IMG/VR virus record: IMGVR_UViG_2526164691_000021
Origin: a virus
Taxonomy: Duplodnaviria; Heunggongvirae; Uroviricota; Caudoviricetes
DNA: 14,170 nt
Direction: 5' to 3' (one strand)
Shown here: positions 1-7,736 of the stretch, one piece after another
How the letters are laid out: each line of letters starts with the position of its first letter
Numbering within the stretch: the stretch's first letter is position 1
Made by a program: the position numbers and the translations under genes
Notes under the pieces: model-generated
What the model was told of the DNA's origin: nothing
What the model saw: only the letters and a program-made list of their open reading frames with translations
The model's database searches: none

Positions 1-1284
1 TTACTTCTTCGCCTCTGCAACCACTTTACTACCCACGCCGCGGTTATTGTATTCCCACATGCGGTTGTAGTTAGTGTCATTCAGATTGCGCTGTATTTCG
101 TCGTTATCATCTACGCTGCCGGTATTACCCGCAAACGGACGATTAGAGATCACCGCATCGGCCCACGGTTTAGCCGTGTTAAAACCTTCGTTGATGGCGC
201 TATCACGGATCACCACCTGACCGTTGGTATTGGCATCAACATCCAGCGAGCGGCCCAGTTGCGCCACACCATCACCGAAAGCATTGAAACGGCTGTTTAC
301 GGCGAGGAAACCGTAGTAAATGTTGGACAGCGTAGCCGGTGCAAACACATACGCTTCTTGCTGAGTACGTGAGTTCACCACGCGGAATTCGGTGTTATCG
401 AACACCACTGCGCCGCGACCAGAAACGATATCCACATCCCCTTCAATGTAGCTGTTGGTCACCAGCGTACGCGGCTGACGATTCGTTTCCAGACGGTTCT
501 GCACACCGCTGTTGGTGACAAAGAAGGTGTTCTGACGACCGAGAATGTTAACGTTGTTAATCTGTACCTGGTCACCATCAGTACGCAGTGCCACCGCCGG
601 ATGGTTACCTGCATCTACGCTATCGCCCAGCGTGTTTTCGATGGTCAGATTTTGCAGTTGCAGGCCATTGTTTTGTGACCAGAAGACCGCAGAGCAGAGA
701 ACACCGATACTGTCGCTGCGTTTGCTCTGGCAGCTATCGTACATATACCACGCTGGTTTACCTGGCATATATTTGCCGCGCGGGTTGACGTCGTGACGCC
801 AGTCGGCAGGGCTCATGCCACCATCAAGGGAAAGCCCAATCTTCACATCAATCGGTTTTTCACCTGTACCGTACAGAGTAATTCCACCCGGAGCGGCAGG
901 GACATATACCGTTCCCTGATACTCACCAGGCATCACGGCAATATACTGGCGCTTGTTGGTACGCTTGATAATTGCCGCATCTACCGCCGCCTGAATCGTG
1001 GTATGCGTTACACCTTGAGTGCCCGCCGGGCCGACAACAAAGTCAGGTTGCGCAGGCAGGGTAATCGGGGAAGGATTCCACGCTGCTGCACCTGGTGTCA
1101 GGGATGCAAAATAGTGTTGAGCATCGAAATTCTGCGCTTCTTTTGCCGACAGAATCGGGCGAGAAGAGGTACCAGGCGCGGTTTGATCAGAAGGACGTTG
1201 ATCGGGCGGGGTTGAGCTACAGGCGGTCAGCGTCACGCCAAAAGCCAATGCCAGCGCCAGACGGGAAACTGAAAATGTGTTCAC
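1..1284 (-). CDS. ybhC: YbhC, outer-membrane lipoprotein of the pectinesterase-like family (host gene flanking attλ)
   Basis: 427-aa ORF with lipoprotein signal peptide and lipobox (…GVTLTAC SS); sequence matches my recollection of E. coli YbhC; GTG start at 1284..1282; the position next to the att core fits the known attλ location between ybhC and ybhB. Confidence 0.85.
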   Translation of the reverse strand: MNTFSVSRLALALAFGVTLTACSSTPPDQRPSDQTAPGTSSRPILSAKEAQNFDAQHYFASLTPGAAAWNPSPITLPAQPDFVVGPAGTQGVTHTTIQAAVDAAIIKRTNKRQYIAVMPGEYQGTVYVPAAPGGITLYGTGEKPIDVKIGLSLDGGMSPADWRHDVNPRGKYMPGKPAWYMYDSCQSKRSDSIGVLCSAVFWSQNNGLQLQNLTIENTLGDSVDAGNHPAVALRTDGDQVQINNVNILGRQNTFFVTNSGVQNRLETNRQPRTLVTNSYIEGDVDIVSGRGAVVFDNTEFRVVNSRTQQEAYVFAPATLSNIYYGFLAVNSRFNAFGDGVAQLGRSLDVDANTNGQVVIRDSAINEGFNTAKPWADAVISNRPFAGNTGSVDDNDEIQRNLNDTNYNRMWEYNNRGVGSKVVAEAKK

Positions 1285-1330
1285 AGGTTGCTCCGGGCTA
1301 TGAAATAGAAAAATGAATCCGTTGAAGCCT

Positions 1331-1345
1331 GCTTTTTTATACTAA
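1331..1345. other. attL: attL core (lambda att common core, O region) at the host-prophage junction
   Basis: Exact 15-bp lambda core GCTTTTTTATACTAA seen at 1331-1345; int ends 74 bp to the right, as expected for the B-O-P' junction; the A/T-rich P' arm (1346-1418) presumably carries Int arm-type and IHF sites. Confidence 0.85.
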
Positions 1346-1418
1346 GTTGGCATTATAAAAAAGCATTGCTTATCAATTTGTTGCAACGAACAGGTCACTA
1401 TCAGTCAAAATAAAATCA

Positions 1419-2489
1419 TTATTTGATTTCAATTTTGTCCCACTCCCTGCCTCTGTCATCACGATACTGTGATGCCATGGTGTCCGACTTATGCCCGAGA
1501 AGATGTTGAGCAAACTTATCGCTTATCTGCTTCTCATAGAGTCTTGCAGACAAACTGCGCAACTCGTGAAAGGTCGGCGGATCCCCTTCGAAGGAAAGAC
1601 CTGATGCTTTTCGTGCGCGCATAAAATACCTTGATACTGTGCCGGATGAAAGCGGTTCACGATGAGTAGATGCAATTATGGTTTCTCCGCCAAGAATCTC
1701 TTTGCATTTATCAAGTGTTTCCTTCATTGATATCCCGAGAGCATCAACATGCAATGTTGTAGGGATGGCAATTTTTACGCCTGTTTTGCTTTGCTCGACA
1801 TAAAGATATCCATCTACGATATCAGACCACTTCATTTCGCATAAATCACCAACTCGCTGCCCGGTAACAACAGCCAGCTCCATTGCAAGTCTTAGCCAAC
1901 ATGGTGATGATTCTGCTGCTTGATAAATTTTCAGGTATTCGTCAGCCGTAAGTCTTGATCTCCTTACCTCTGATTTTGCTGCGCGAGTGGCAGCGACCGG
2001 GTTTGTTGTTATATGGCCTTCAGCTATTGCCTCTCGGAATGCATCGCTCAGTGTTGATCTGATTAACTTGGCTGACGCCGCCTTGCCCTCGTCTATGTAT
2101 CCACTGAGCATTGCCGCAATTTCTTTTGTGGTGATGTCTTCAAGTGGAGCATCAGGCAGCCCCCTCCTTATTGCTTTAATTTTGCTCATGTAATTTATGA
2201 GAGTCTTCTGCTTGATTCCTCTGCTGGCGAGGATTTTTTCGTAGCGATCAAGCCATGAATGTAACGTAACAGAATTATCACTGTTGATTCTCGCTGTCAG
2301 AGGCTTGTGTTTGTGTCCTGAAAATAACTCAATGTTGGCCTGTATTGCTTCAGTGATTGCTATCCTCCTGTCTCGGCCTAATCCAAACTCTTTACCCGTC
2401 CTTGGGTCCCTGTAGCAGTAATATCCATTGTTTCTTATATAAAGATTAGGGGGTAAATCCCGGCGCTCATGACTTCGCCTTCTTCCCAT
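1419..2489 (-). CDS. int: Tyrosine integrase, lambda Int type
   Basis: 356-aa ORF, near-identical to lambda Int as I recall it (MGRRRSHERRDLPPNLYIRNNGYYCYRDPRTGKEF … catalytic region with HELRS and C-terminal Tyr); 5' end overlaps xis as in lambda. Confidence 0.97.
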   Translation of the reverse strand: MGRRRSHERRDLPPNLYIRNNGYYCYRDPRTGKEFGLGRDRRIAITEAIQANIELFSGHKHKPLTARINSDNSVTLHSWLDRYEKILASRGIKQKTLINYMSKIKAIRRGLPDAPLEDITTKEIAAMLSGYIDEGKAASAKLIRSTLSDAFREAIAEGHITTNPVAATRAAKSEVRRSRLTADEYLKIYQAAESSPCWLRLAMELAVVTGQRVGDLCEMKWSDIVDGYLYVEQSKTGVKIAIPTTLHVDALGISMKETLDKCKEILGGETIIASTHREPLSSGTVSRYFMRARKASGLSFEGDPPTFHELRSLSARLYEKQISDKFAQHLLGHKSDTMASQYRDDRGREWDKIEIK

Positions 2490-2685
2490 TTCTGATCCTC
2501 TTCAAAAGGCTACCTGTTACTGGTCGATTTAAGTCAACCTTTACCGCTGATTCGTGGAACAGATACTCTCTTCCATCCTTAACCGGAGGAGGGAATATCC
2601 TGCATTCGCGCACCCATCGACGAACTGTTTCAAGGCTTCTTGGGCGTCGCTGGCGTGCATTCCACTCCTGAAGTGTCAAGTACAT
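2467..2685 (-). CDS. xis: Excisionase Xis
   Basis: 72-aa ORF MYLTLQEWNARQRRPRSLETVRRWVRECRIFPPPVKDGREYLFHESAVKVDLNRP…, matching lambda Xis; overlaps the int start. Confidence 0.95.
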   Translation of the reverse strand: MYLTLQEWNARQRRPRSLETVRRWVRECRIFPPPVKDGREYLFHESAVKVDLNRPVTGSLLKRIRNGKKAKS

Positions 2686-2791
2686 CGCAAAGTCTCCGCA
2701 ATTACACGCAAGAAAAGCCGCATTGATGCGGCGATGGTAGGTCTGGATATCATTGAGCCATGAACAGGCCTCATCGAGTGTGAGGCTGTGG

Positions 2792-3136
2792 TTAGTCCTT
2801 TCGTAACTCGCTGATTCTCCTGTAAGTCTCTGGTGCTTTGTTTCCGTGTATCTTCATTTCAGACTTCAACAGAGCAACGAGGGAATCCCATTCGTTGAGG
2901 ATGCCTTTGAATGCCGGAACGCGCTTTGCAACCTTGTCGAATGAATCTCTGATTTCTGGAATCTTCTCAACAAGTGCAACGCATCGTCGGAAGTCTGCTG
3001 CGTCATGGGGAGCGCCGAAGTGATGACCATAGATATTCTTTTTCAGGCCACATGCGATTGAGGCAAGAGTTGCGCTACTGATGCCAACATCGCCAGTCGA
3101 TTGCCATTTCAAAACCTTCATAGACAAATCTGACAT
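2792..3136 (-). CDS. Hypothetical protein, 114 aa, unknown function
   Basis: ORF with ATG at 3136 preceded by GGAGA at a suitable distance; sits between xis and a small lambda-like ORF; no family recognised. Confidence 0.55.
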   Translation of the reverse strand: MSDLSMKVLKWQSTGDVGISSATLASIACGLKKNIYGHHFGAPHDAADFRRCVALVEKIPEIRDSFDKVAKRVPAFKGILNEWDSLVALLKSEMKIHGNKAPETYRRISELRKD

Positions 3137-3163
3137 TTCTTGTCTCCAATAAAAAAACCTCCA

Positions 3164-3331
3164 TCAGGCGGCTTGGTGTTCTTTCAGTTCTTCAATTCGA
3201 ATATTGGTTACGTCTGCATGTGCTATCTGCGCCCATATCATCCAGTGGTCATAGCAGTCATTGATGTTCTCTGCTTCGATAACTCTGTTGAATGGTTCTC
3301 CATTCCATTCACCTGTGACTCGGAAGTGCAT
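3164..3331 (-). CDS. Small hypothetical protein, 55 aa (MHFRVTGEWNGEPFNRVIEAENINDCYDHWMIWAQIAHADVTNIRIEELKEHQAA)
   Basis: Hand-translated; ATG at 3331 preceded by GGAGA with 7-nt spacing; not in the supplied ORF track (below its length cut-off); resembles a small ORF found right of xis in lambda, as far as I recall. Confidence 0.45.
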   Translation of the reverse strand: MHFRVTGEWNGEPFNRVIEAENINDCYDHWMIWAQIAHADVTNIRIEELKEHQAA

Positions 3332-3403
3332 TTATCATCTCCATAAAACAAAATCCGCCGTAGCGAGTTCAGATAAAAGAAATCCCCGCGAGTGCGAGGA
3401 TTG

Positions 3404-3688
3404 TTATTCATTGCCGATATTCACCTTTATCGCGAACACCTTTACCGGTTTATCACCGAAGTGCGGATGTGTGATTGTCTTGATTTCATATCCGTCATAC
3501 GGAACATCAATTCTGCGGCTGGAATCGTCGCGCTTCGGATATCCCTTTGTGATAATCAGGCGGTCATACTCCCGGAACATAATTCGCTTATTCCAATAGT
3601 CATTACACAGGCGATACTCTTCCGTTTTCTCTCCTCGAATCATGGCATCGAAGTATTCACCTTTGACGGCAAGTTGTAGGTTAGCCAC
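3404..3688 (-). CDS. ASCH / DUF3850-like small protein, 94 aa
   Basis: N-terminal pattern LQLAVKGEYFDAMIRGEKTEEYR resembles the DUF3850/ASCH (PUA-like fold) signature; strong SD (AGGAGG) before ATG 3688; 8-nt overlap with the upstream gene. Confidence 0.5.
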   Translation of the reverse strand: MANLQLAVKGEYFDAMIRGEKTEEYRLCNDYWNKRIMFREYDRLIITKGYPKRDDSSRRIDVPYDGYEIKTITHPHFGDKPVKVFAIKVNIGNE

Positions 3689-3983
3689 GGTTAACCTCCT
3701 GCGGAGTAGCCTTTACAAGCACTGGTGCAAATCCATCTTCATTAAGGTTATGAATATAGACTTCTGTTCTCCTGCGCTCTTCAACGTTTAATATTGTTTC
3801 TGGATCATAAACCCATACTTTCATTCGACTATTCCATGAAGAAATCGCTTCAGATCTAGTTCGTTTTTCTGGTCCTTGGGCACCACATTTGCATGACACA
3901 TAGCGCATTTTCCCTCTGATACTGAATGAGTATCCGATGTTAAGCACAGTGGAACCACAGAATGGGCAGCGATATAGATTCAT
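3681..3983 (-). CDS. Lar-family restriction-alleviation-like protein, 100 aa, with C-terminal extension
   Basis: N-terminal CPFCG…CxC…EAISSWNSR motif typical of the Lar family (Rac prophage Lar type); ATGA stop/start overlap with the upstream gene; SD AGGTGG. Confidence 0.55.
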   Translation of the reverse strand: MNLYRCPFCGSTVLNIGYSFSIRGKMRYVSCKCGAQGPEKRTRSEAISSWNSRMKVWVYDPETILNVEERRRTEVYIHNLNEDGFAPVLVKATPQEVNRG

Positions 3984-4597
3984 AAATCATCCACCTTAGG
4001 CGCAGCTGAGACAGCAACATTCCAGAACTCAGAAAACATATTGTATGCACCAGATAGATTGGAAGTAGCATACCCTCCAAGCTCACTTCTAATCTGAACG
4101 GCTCTCATCATTTCCGGGGTTAACTCCTTCGGCACCATAACCCAACCATCCGGAGTTACCGGAGAGTTGCCACCGGGAATATTTTCCGGAATATTTTGTT
4201 GTGCGTTTTGTGGTTGTTCTGATTTACCCTGAAGCATGGCGGCGCGGCAGGCGTTCCAGCCAGCTGTTCGCCCAAGCGCGTAAACTTCAGATGGATCAAG
4301 ATAATCAATGTCATGCCCGTCCTCATCGTCGTTCTCAGGTAATGCAGCAGGTACTACCGGTACTGGCGGAGCGGCGTAGACCTCAATAATTCCATTATCA
4401 ATAGGCCATTCTCCATCCTTGAGGTAGTCACTTGTGCCGTCAACTTGCTGTTCTGCAATGTGGAATGCACCTATTGGTTTTGCTTCCAGCGATGCCAGAG
4501 CAATCCGTGCCAGTTCCATTTGTTCGCCACTAGTAAGTCCGTTATCAAGCGGGGATTTAATGAACAATTCGATACGTTCTTTAGTGATAGTGCTCAT
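3980..4597 (-). CDS. Hypothetical protein, 205 aa
   Basis: ORF track gives 238 aa from an upstream ATG, but the ATG at 4597 (MSTITKERIELF…) has a strong SD (AAGGAGAG) and lies 1 nt after the stop of the upstream gene, so I call this start; acidic, no family recognised. Confidence 0.55.
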   Translation of the reverse strand: MSTITKERIELFIKSPLDNGLTSGEQMELARIALASLEAKPIGAFHIAEQQVDGTSDYLKDGEWPIDNGIIEVYAAPPVPVVPAALPENDDEDGHDIDYLDPSEVYALGRTAGWNACRAAMLQGKSEQPQNAQQNIPENIPGGNSPVTPDGWVMVPKELTPEMMRAVQIRSELGGYATSNLSGAYNMFSEFWNVAVSAAPKVDDL

Positions 4598-4598
4598 A

Positions 4599-5156
4599 TC
4601 ACTCTCCTTTGATGCGAATGCCAGCTGCGCTTGCTGATTCTTCATATGCGCGTTTAGCAGCGTTAAGGATTGCTGCCAGTGGCGTATAGCCGCCATCCAT
4701 TCGGATTGTGTTGTGGATGCCAGCCATTGTGTCGCGCAATTTGCTGTGGCTAGCAGACAGTTCTGCTATGCACTTCTCTGCGGCATCGGCTCGATCTTTT
4801 TCACGCTGGAACATTTTGTGAGTGCGGTCTATAGCTTCGATTCGTGCCGCTGATGTCTTCTGCACGGCTTCAAGCTCAACACGCAGCTTCCCAACCGTAA
4901 GAGCAATATCCTCGTTCTTCTGGTCGCGGCGTTTGATGTATTGCTGGTTTCTTTCCCGTTCATCCAGTAGTGCCAGCACGGTTTCTGGCCCGGTCAGAAA
5001 TTTGAAGGCGTTGAGCGCATCAATATCCACACCGTAATCCTTAAGTTCCTGTTCAGTTAACAAATCATCATCAACTGGCAACATTAACAGGCGTTCCATT
5101 GCCGGAATTGCACGCTCTGCCGCCTCACGCAGTGCCTGATAGTCAATCTTGCTCAT
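4599..5156 (-). CDS. Ead/Ea22-like coiled-coil protein, 185 aa
   Basis: Central coiled-coil region and C-terminal end (…AAGIRIKGE) resemble lambda Ea22 as I recall it; ATGA overlap with the upstream gene. Confidence 0.55.
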   Translation of the reverse strand: MSKIDYQALREAAERAIPAMERLLMLPVDDDLLTEQELKDYGVDIDALNAFKFLTGPETVLALLDERERNQQYIKRRDQKNEDIALTVGKLRVELEAVQKTSAARIEAIDRTHKMFQREKDRADAAEKCIAELSASHSKLRDTMAGIHNTIRMDGGYTPLAAILNAAKRAYEESASAAGIRIKGE

Positions 5157-5710
5157 TGGATGACTCCTTTACGAAGCTGTTCGGCGATATCTTCGAGAAC
5201 GCCATCAGAGAATGAACGGTCAAAATCGCCTTCCGGCGCATTGGCCATAAACTCAGTAGAGGTAAGAATCATCCGGGCAATATCAGCGGCGTTCTTCGCA
5301 GTATCATCAATAAAACCAGCTTCCCAGGCAGCCAGCATTCTGTTCGCCACAAAGTAAGCGCCCTCCTTGCGTGCTTCAGTCTTCACTTCAGCCAGAAAAG
5401 CATCGGTGGCTGGGGTTTCAGTAATATCATCTTCCCATTCGCTAAACTCCTCACGACAAAAGTCATTAAATTCCTTCTCAGATTGCTTAAGCGAGGAATT
5501 TTCAGCAGCCATCTTCGCGCATTTAGCCTCAAGGTTATCAATCGTGATTCCAGCAGAACGACACTCCCGCAACGCCGTTTCTAGTTTTGATTCAAGTTCA
5601 CCGAACTTACGGACAAGATATTCATCGTTTGTTTCGTCAACCTTTAAATCACTTGGGATGCATTTACCTTTCAGAAAACCATCCATCTCAATTAGTGTCA
5701 TTTGTTTCAT
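5153..5710 (-). CDS. Hypothetical acidic protein, 185 aa
   Basis: ORF track start (5728) is a GTG with no SD; the ATG at 5710 ([10 protein letters not shown]…) has GGAG/GGGAAG upstream and forms an ATGA overlap with the preceding small ORF, so I call 5710. Confidence 0.5.
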   Translation of the reverse strand: MKQMTLIEMDGFLKGKCIPSDLKVDETNDEYLVRKFGELESKLETALRECRSAGITIDNLEAKCAKMAAENSSLKQSEKEFNDFCREEFSEWEDDITETPATDAFLAEVKTEARKEGAYFVANRMLAAWEAGFIDDTAKNAADIARMILTSTEFMANAPEGDFDRSFSDGVLEDIAEQLRKGVIQ

Positions 5711-5871
5711 TTCTTCCCACTCCGCCACATCGCATTCAGATATTTGTTGTCATTAACAGAACCGAAACTCTTTCTCTTAAGCAATTCCTCTCTCGATGGC
5801 ATTGGCTTTGCGCGTTGGCGAATAATCATTTCTGCCGGAAGAATGCCGGGATTGTATGCAAGTCCTCTCAT
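5707..5871 (-). CDS. Small hypothetical protein, 54 aa ([54 protein letters not shown])
   Basis: Start chosen at the ATG at 5871 with GAGGAA SD; ATGA overlap with the downstream gene; the longer 104-aa track ORF overlaps the better-supported 97-aa gene in another frame. Confidence 0.4.
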   Translation of the reverse strand: MRGLAYNPGILPAEMIIRQRAKPMPSREELLKRKSFGSVNDNKYLNAMWRSGKK

Positions 5872-5881
5872 GGTAAATTCC

Positions 5882-6175
5882 TCAGTCATTACTGATAGCG
5901 CCATAGCGTGAGCGGTAATTACGCAGGCGCGGGTCAATTTCAGGGAAGTGGGTATATGTGGCTTTGCGGAATGGTCGGATTGATGTCTGGTAAATTCGCT
6001 CGCGTTCTTCTTTCTCTGCAAGCCATATACAATGGCGAAATTCCTTTTCCTCTTTCGTTTCCTGCGGTAGCGACATTATCCGATCGTAGTTTTTTCTGAA
6101 TTTATCCAGCACCTCCGATACGGAATTGCCGGAACAGCGGCGCGCGTCATCCGCACCATACAGAGGCGCTGGCAT
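5882..6175 (-). CDS. Hypothetical protein, 97 aa; position and size are compatible with a P22 Abc2-like anti-RecBCD protein (speculative)
   Basis: ATG at 6175 with AAGGA SD; lies downstream of the Erf/SSB pair; Abc2 assignment rests on size and synteny only. Confidence 0.5.
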   Translation of the reverse strand: MPAPLYGADDARRCSGNSVSEVLDKFRKNYDRIMSLPQETKEEKEFRHCIWLAEKEERERIYQTSIRPFRKATYTHFPEIDPRLRNYRSRYGAISND

Positions 6176-6198
6176 AATTAAATCCTTATTTTTCTAAA

Positions 6199-6582
6199 TC
6201 AGAATGGGATGGAATCGTCGTATACAGGAGTGTTCTGCTGGTTACTACTTTGCTGCTGCGGGCCATTTCCTGAAGCTGCAAATCCAATCTTTGCATTCAG
6301 TAATTCAAGAGTGATTGATTGACCATTTTGCCCCTGATAAACATCAACCCTGATGTTTTCTCCGGTAATTTCCACAATGCCACCTTCAACAAGAACACTA
6401 CGGTAGTAATCCGCTTGCGCTCCCGGCTTGGCAAATACAACGGCGCTGTAGTTTGTCCATTCTTTCTTTTTTGTCTGGCGATCGTAATACTGAACGCCAG
6501 CACGGATGTTGAATCCGATATTTTCCCCGGTCTGAAACTCTCTTGCGGGCTTGTTTAGTCTTACAGTAATCGAATGTGCCAT
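6199..6582 (-). CDS. SSB-like single-stranded DNA-binding protein, 127 aa
   Basis: C-terminal acidic tail …YDDSIPF resembles the SSB protein-interaction tail DDDIPF; start placed at ATG 6582 (MAHSITV…), overlapping the Erf stop (TAATG), with AAGGAG upstream. Confidence 0.55.
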   Translation of the reverse strand: MAHSITVRLNKPAREFQTGENIGFNIRAGVQYYDRQTKKKEWTNYSAVVFAKPGAQADYYRSVLVEGGIVEITGENIRVDVYQGQNGQSITLELLNAKIGFAASGNGPQQQSSNQQNTPVYDDSIPF

Positions 6583-7187
6583 TAAGCAGCAGCTCCTTCT
6601 AATTCGTCTCGTCTGATGTTGTAAACGTCCTGCGCTTTGTGCTGCTCCGGTGTACCTTCGAGCATCTTCCACGCTTTGGCGAACGCCTGTTTAAGCTCTT
6701 CTACGGTGTTTTTCTGCATTGCTGCGTCAGTGAATGCTTTTAGAACCTGTTCAGGTGTAGGTGATGGTTTTGATTGCTTTGCTGCTGCGTTCTGCTGATG
6801 TTTATGCTCGTCGGTATCTGCATCTTTCGCATCATCAATGCCGAATAAACCATTGAGGCAATACTTGCGTGCATAAGAGCTTGTAGCTCCCGTAACTTGT
6901 GCAGAATCCATTCCTTTCTTGCTTTCTTCCTCTCGTGCAAGAGCGGTTGCCGTATGACTGTTTTCGCCATCGGTAATAGTTGCCGTGGCTTTCACATAAT
7001 ACCGATCACCAATCAACACAACTTCATCGCTGATTGATAAAAACAGGCCATTCAGTAACGGCTTAACGCCTTCAAGAATATCTTCGCAGCTTCTGTATTT
7101 ATATTTGCCGAATGAGTTGTACTGATTCTTTGGCGCGTTCAGATTCTCCTGAATAGCTGCCAGTCTTGCGTAAAATTCTTTGCTCAT
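6582..7187 (-). CDS. erf: Erf-family single-strand annealing protein (P22 Erf-like), 201 aa
   Basis: MSKEFYARLAAIQENLNAPKNQYNSFGKYKYRSCEDILEGVKPL… and the SSYARKYCLNGLFGIDD motif match the ERF family / P22 Erf as I recall it; ATG at 7187 chosen over the TTG at 7217. Confidence 0.65.
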   Translation of the reverse strand: MSKEFYARLAAIQENLNAPKNQYNSFGKYKYRSCEDILEGVKPLLNGLFLSISDEVVLIGDRYYVKATATITDGENSHTATALAREEESKKGMDSAQVTGATSSYARKYCLNGLFGIDDAKDADTDEHKHQQNAAAKQSKPSPTPEQVLKAFTDAAMQKNTVEELKQAFAKAWKMLEGTPEQHKAQDVYNIRRDELEGAAA

Positions 7188-7197
7188 ATGATTGTTC

Positions 7198-7368
7198 TCA
7201 GAATGGACACGGCCCAAGGAAATAACGCTGATTTAATACTTCGACTCGGGACAAATTAAGGCATACCCGCATTCCTTCGCGGTCACCATTATGGCGATAC
7301 CAGAGAGCTTTCTGCGTGTACATGCGCCTCTGTAACTTGCTCTCCTTCACTGTGGTTGCAAGTGACAT
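7198..7368 (-). CDS. Small hypothetical protein, 56 aa (MSLATTVKESKLQRRMYTQKALWYRHNGDREGMRVCLNLSEVEVLNQRYFLGPCPF); position corresponds to P22 arf
   Basis: Hand-translated; near-perfect SD (GAAGGAGATATTC) before ATG 7368; directly upstream of erf; not in the ORF track. Confidence 0.4.
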   Translation of the reverse strand: MSLATTVKESKLQRRMYTQKALWYRHNGDREGMRVCLNLSRVEVLNQRYFLGPCPF

Positions 7369-7443
7369 GAATATCTCCTTCGTTACCGATTAATTCTTTC
7401 ATCTGACGAATGAATTCTTCGTCTGACCAGTTATCTGTAAAAC

Positions 7444-7596
7444 TCATTTCCTGCGATAACACGGAAGGTTGATAGCTGATTTCATCGCTTTATTTGCTTC
7501 AAGCCACATTTTTGAATCACCAATAAATCGGGCTATTACTGCCTTGTTCTGTGCAGCACGAAGCATCTGGTGATTGATGGCTATTTCATTGCGCAT
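7444..7596 (-). CDS. kil: Kil-like small protein, 50 aa (MRNEIAINHQMLRAAQNKAVIARFIGDSKMWLEANKAMKSAINLPCYRRK)
   Basis: Hand-translated; …IARFIGDSKMW… resembles the lambda Kil core (…IATFIGDEKMF…) from memory; position between the CIII-like ORF and the recombination genes matches lambda synteny; SD GAGG. Confidence 0.4.
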   Translation of the reverse strand: MRNEIAINHQMLRAAQNKAVIARFIGDSKMWLEANKAMKSAINLPCYRRK

Positions 7597-7712
7597 AATA
7601 AGACCTCAACTCTTTTCCATCCGTCACGTAATTTACGGGTGATTCGTTCAAGTAAAGATTCATTTAATTGGAAGGCACCCATGCGAGCGCCTCCCGCGAT
7701 TGCGTAAATCAT
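7581..7712 (-). CDS. cIII: CIII-like protein, 43 aa (MIYAIAGGARMGAFQLNESLLERITRKLRDGWKRVEVLYCAMK)
   Basis: Hand-translated; contains the ESLLERITRKLRDGWKR helix that I recall as the conserved core of lambda/HK022 CIII; AAGGA SD before ATG 7712; the C-terminus differs from lambda CIII and is shorter. Confidence 0.5.
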   Translation of the reverse strand: MIYAIAGGARMGAFQLNESLLERITRKLRDGWKRVEVLLCAMK

Positions 7713-7736
7713 GGGTGGTTCCTTATGTTGGTTTTA

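Noticed and set aside
545-1316. Four + strand ORFs (83, 66, 140 and 73 aa) within or overlapping the ybhC region
   Set aside because: They lie antisense to a well-supported 427-aa gene, are Arg/Cys-rich with no SD context, and look like typical antisense artefacts.
3140-3679. + strand ORFs (68, 112 and 95 aa) across the orf55 / ASCH-like region
   Set aside because: They are antisense to better-supported - strand genes with good ribosome-binding sites and fit the operon direction poorly.
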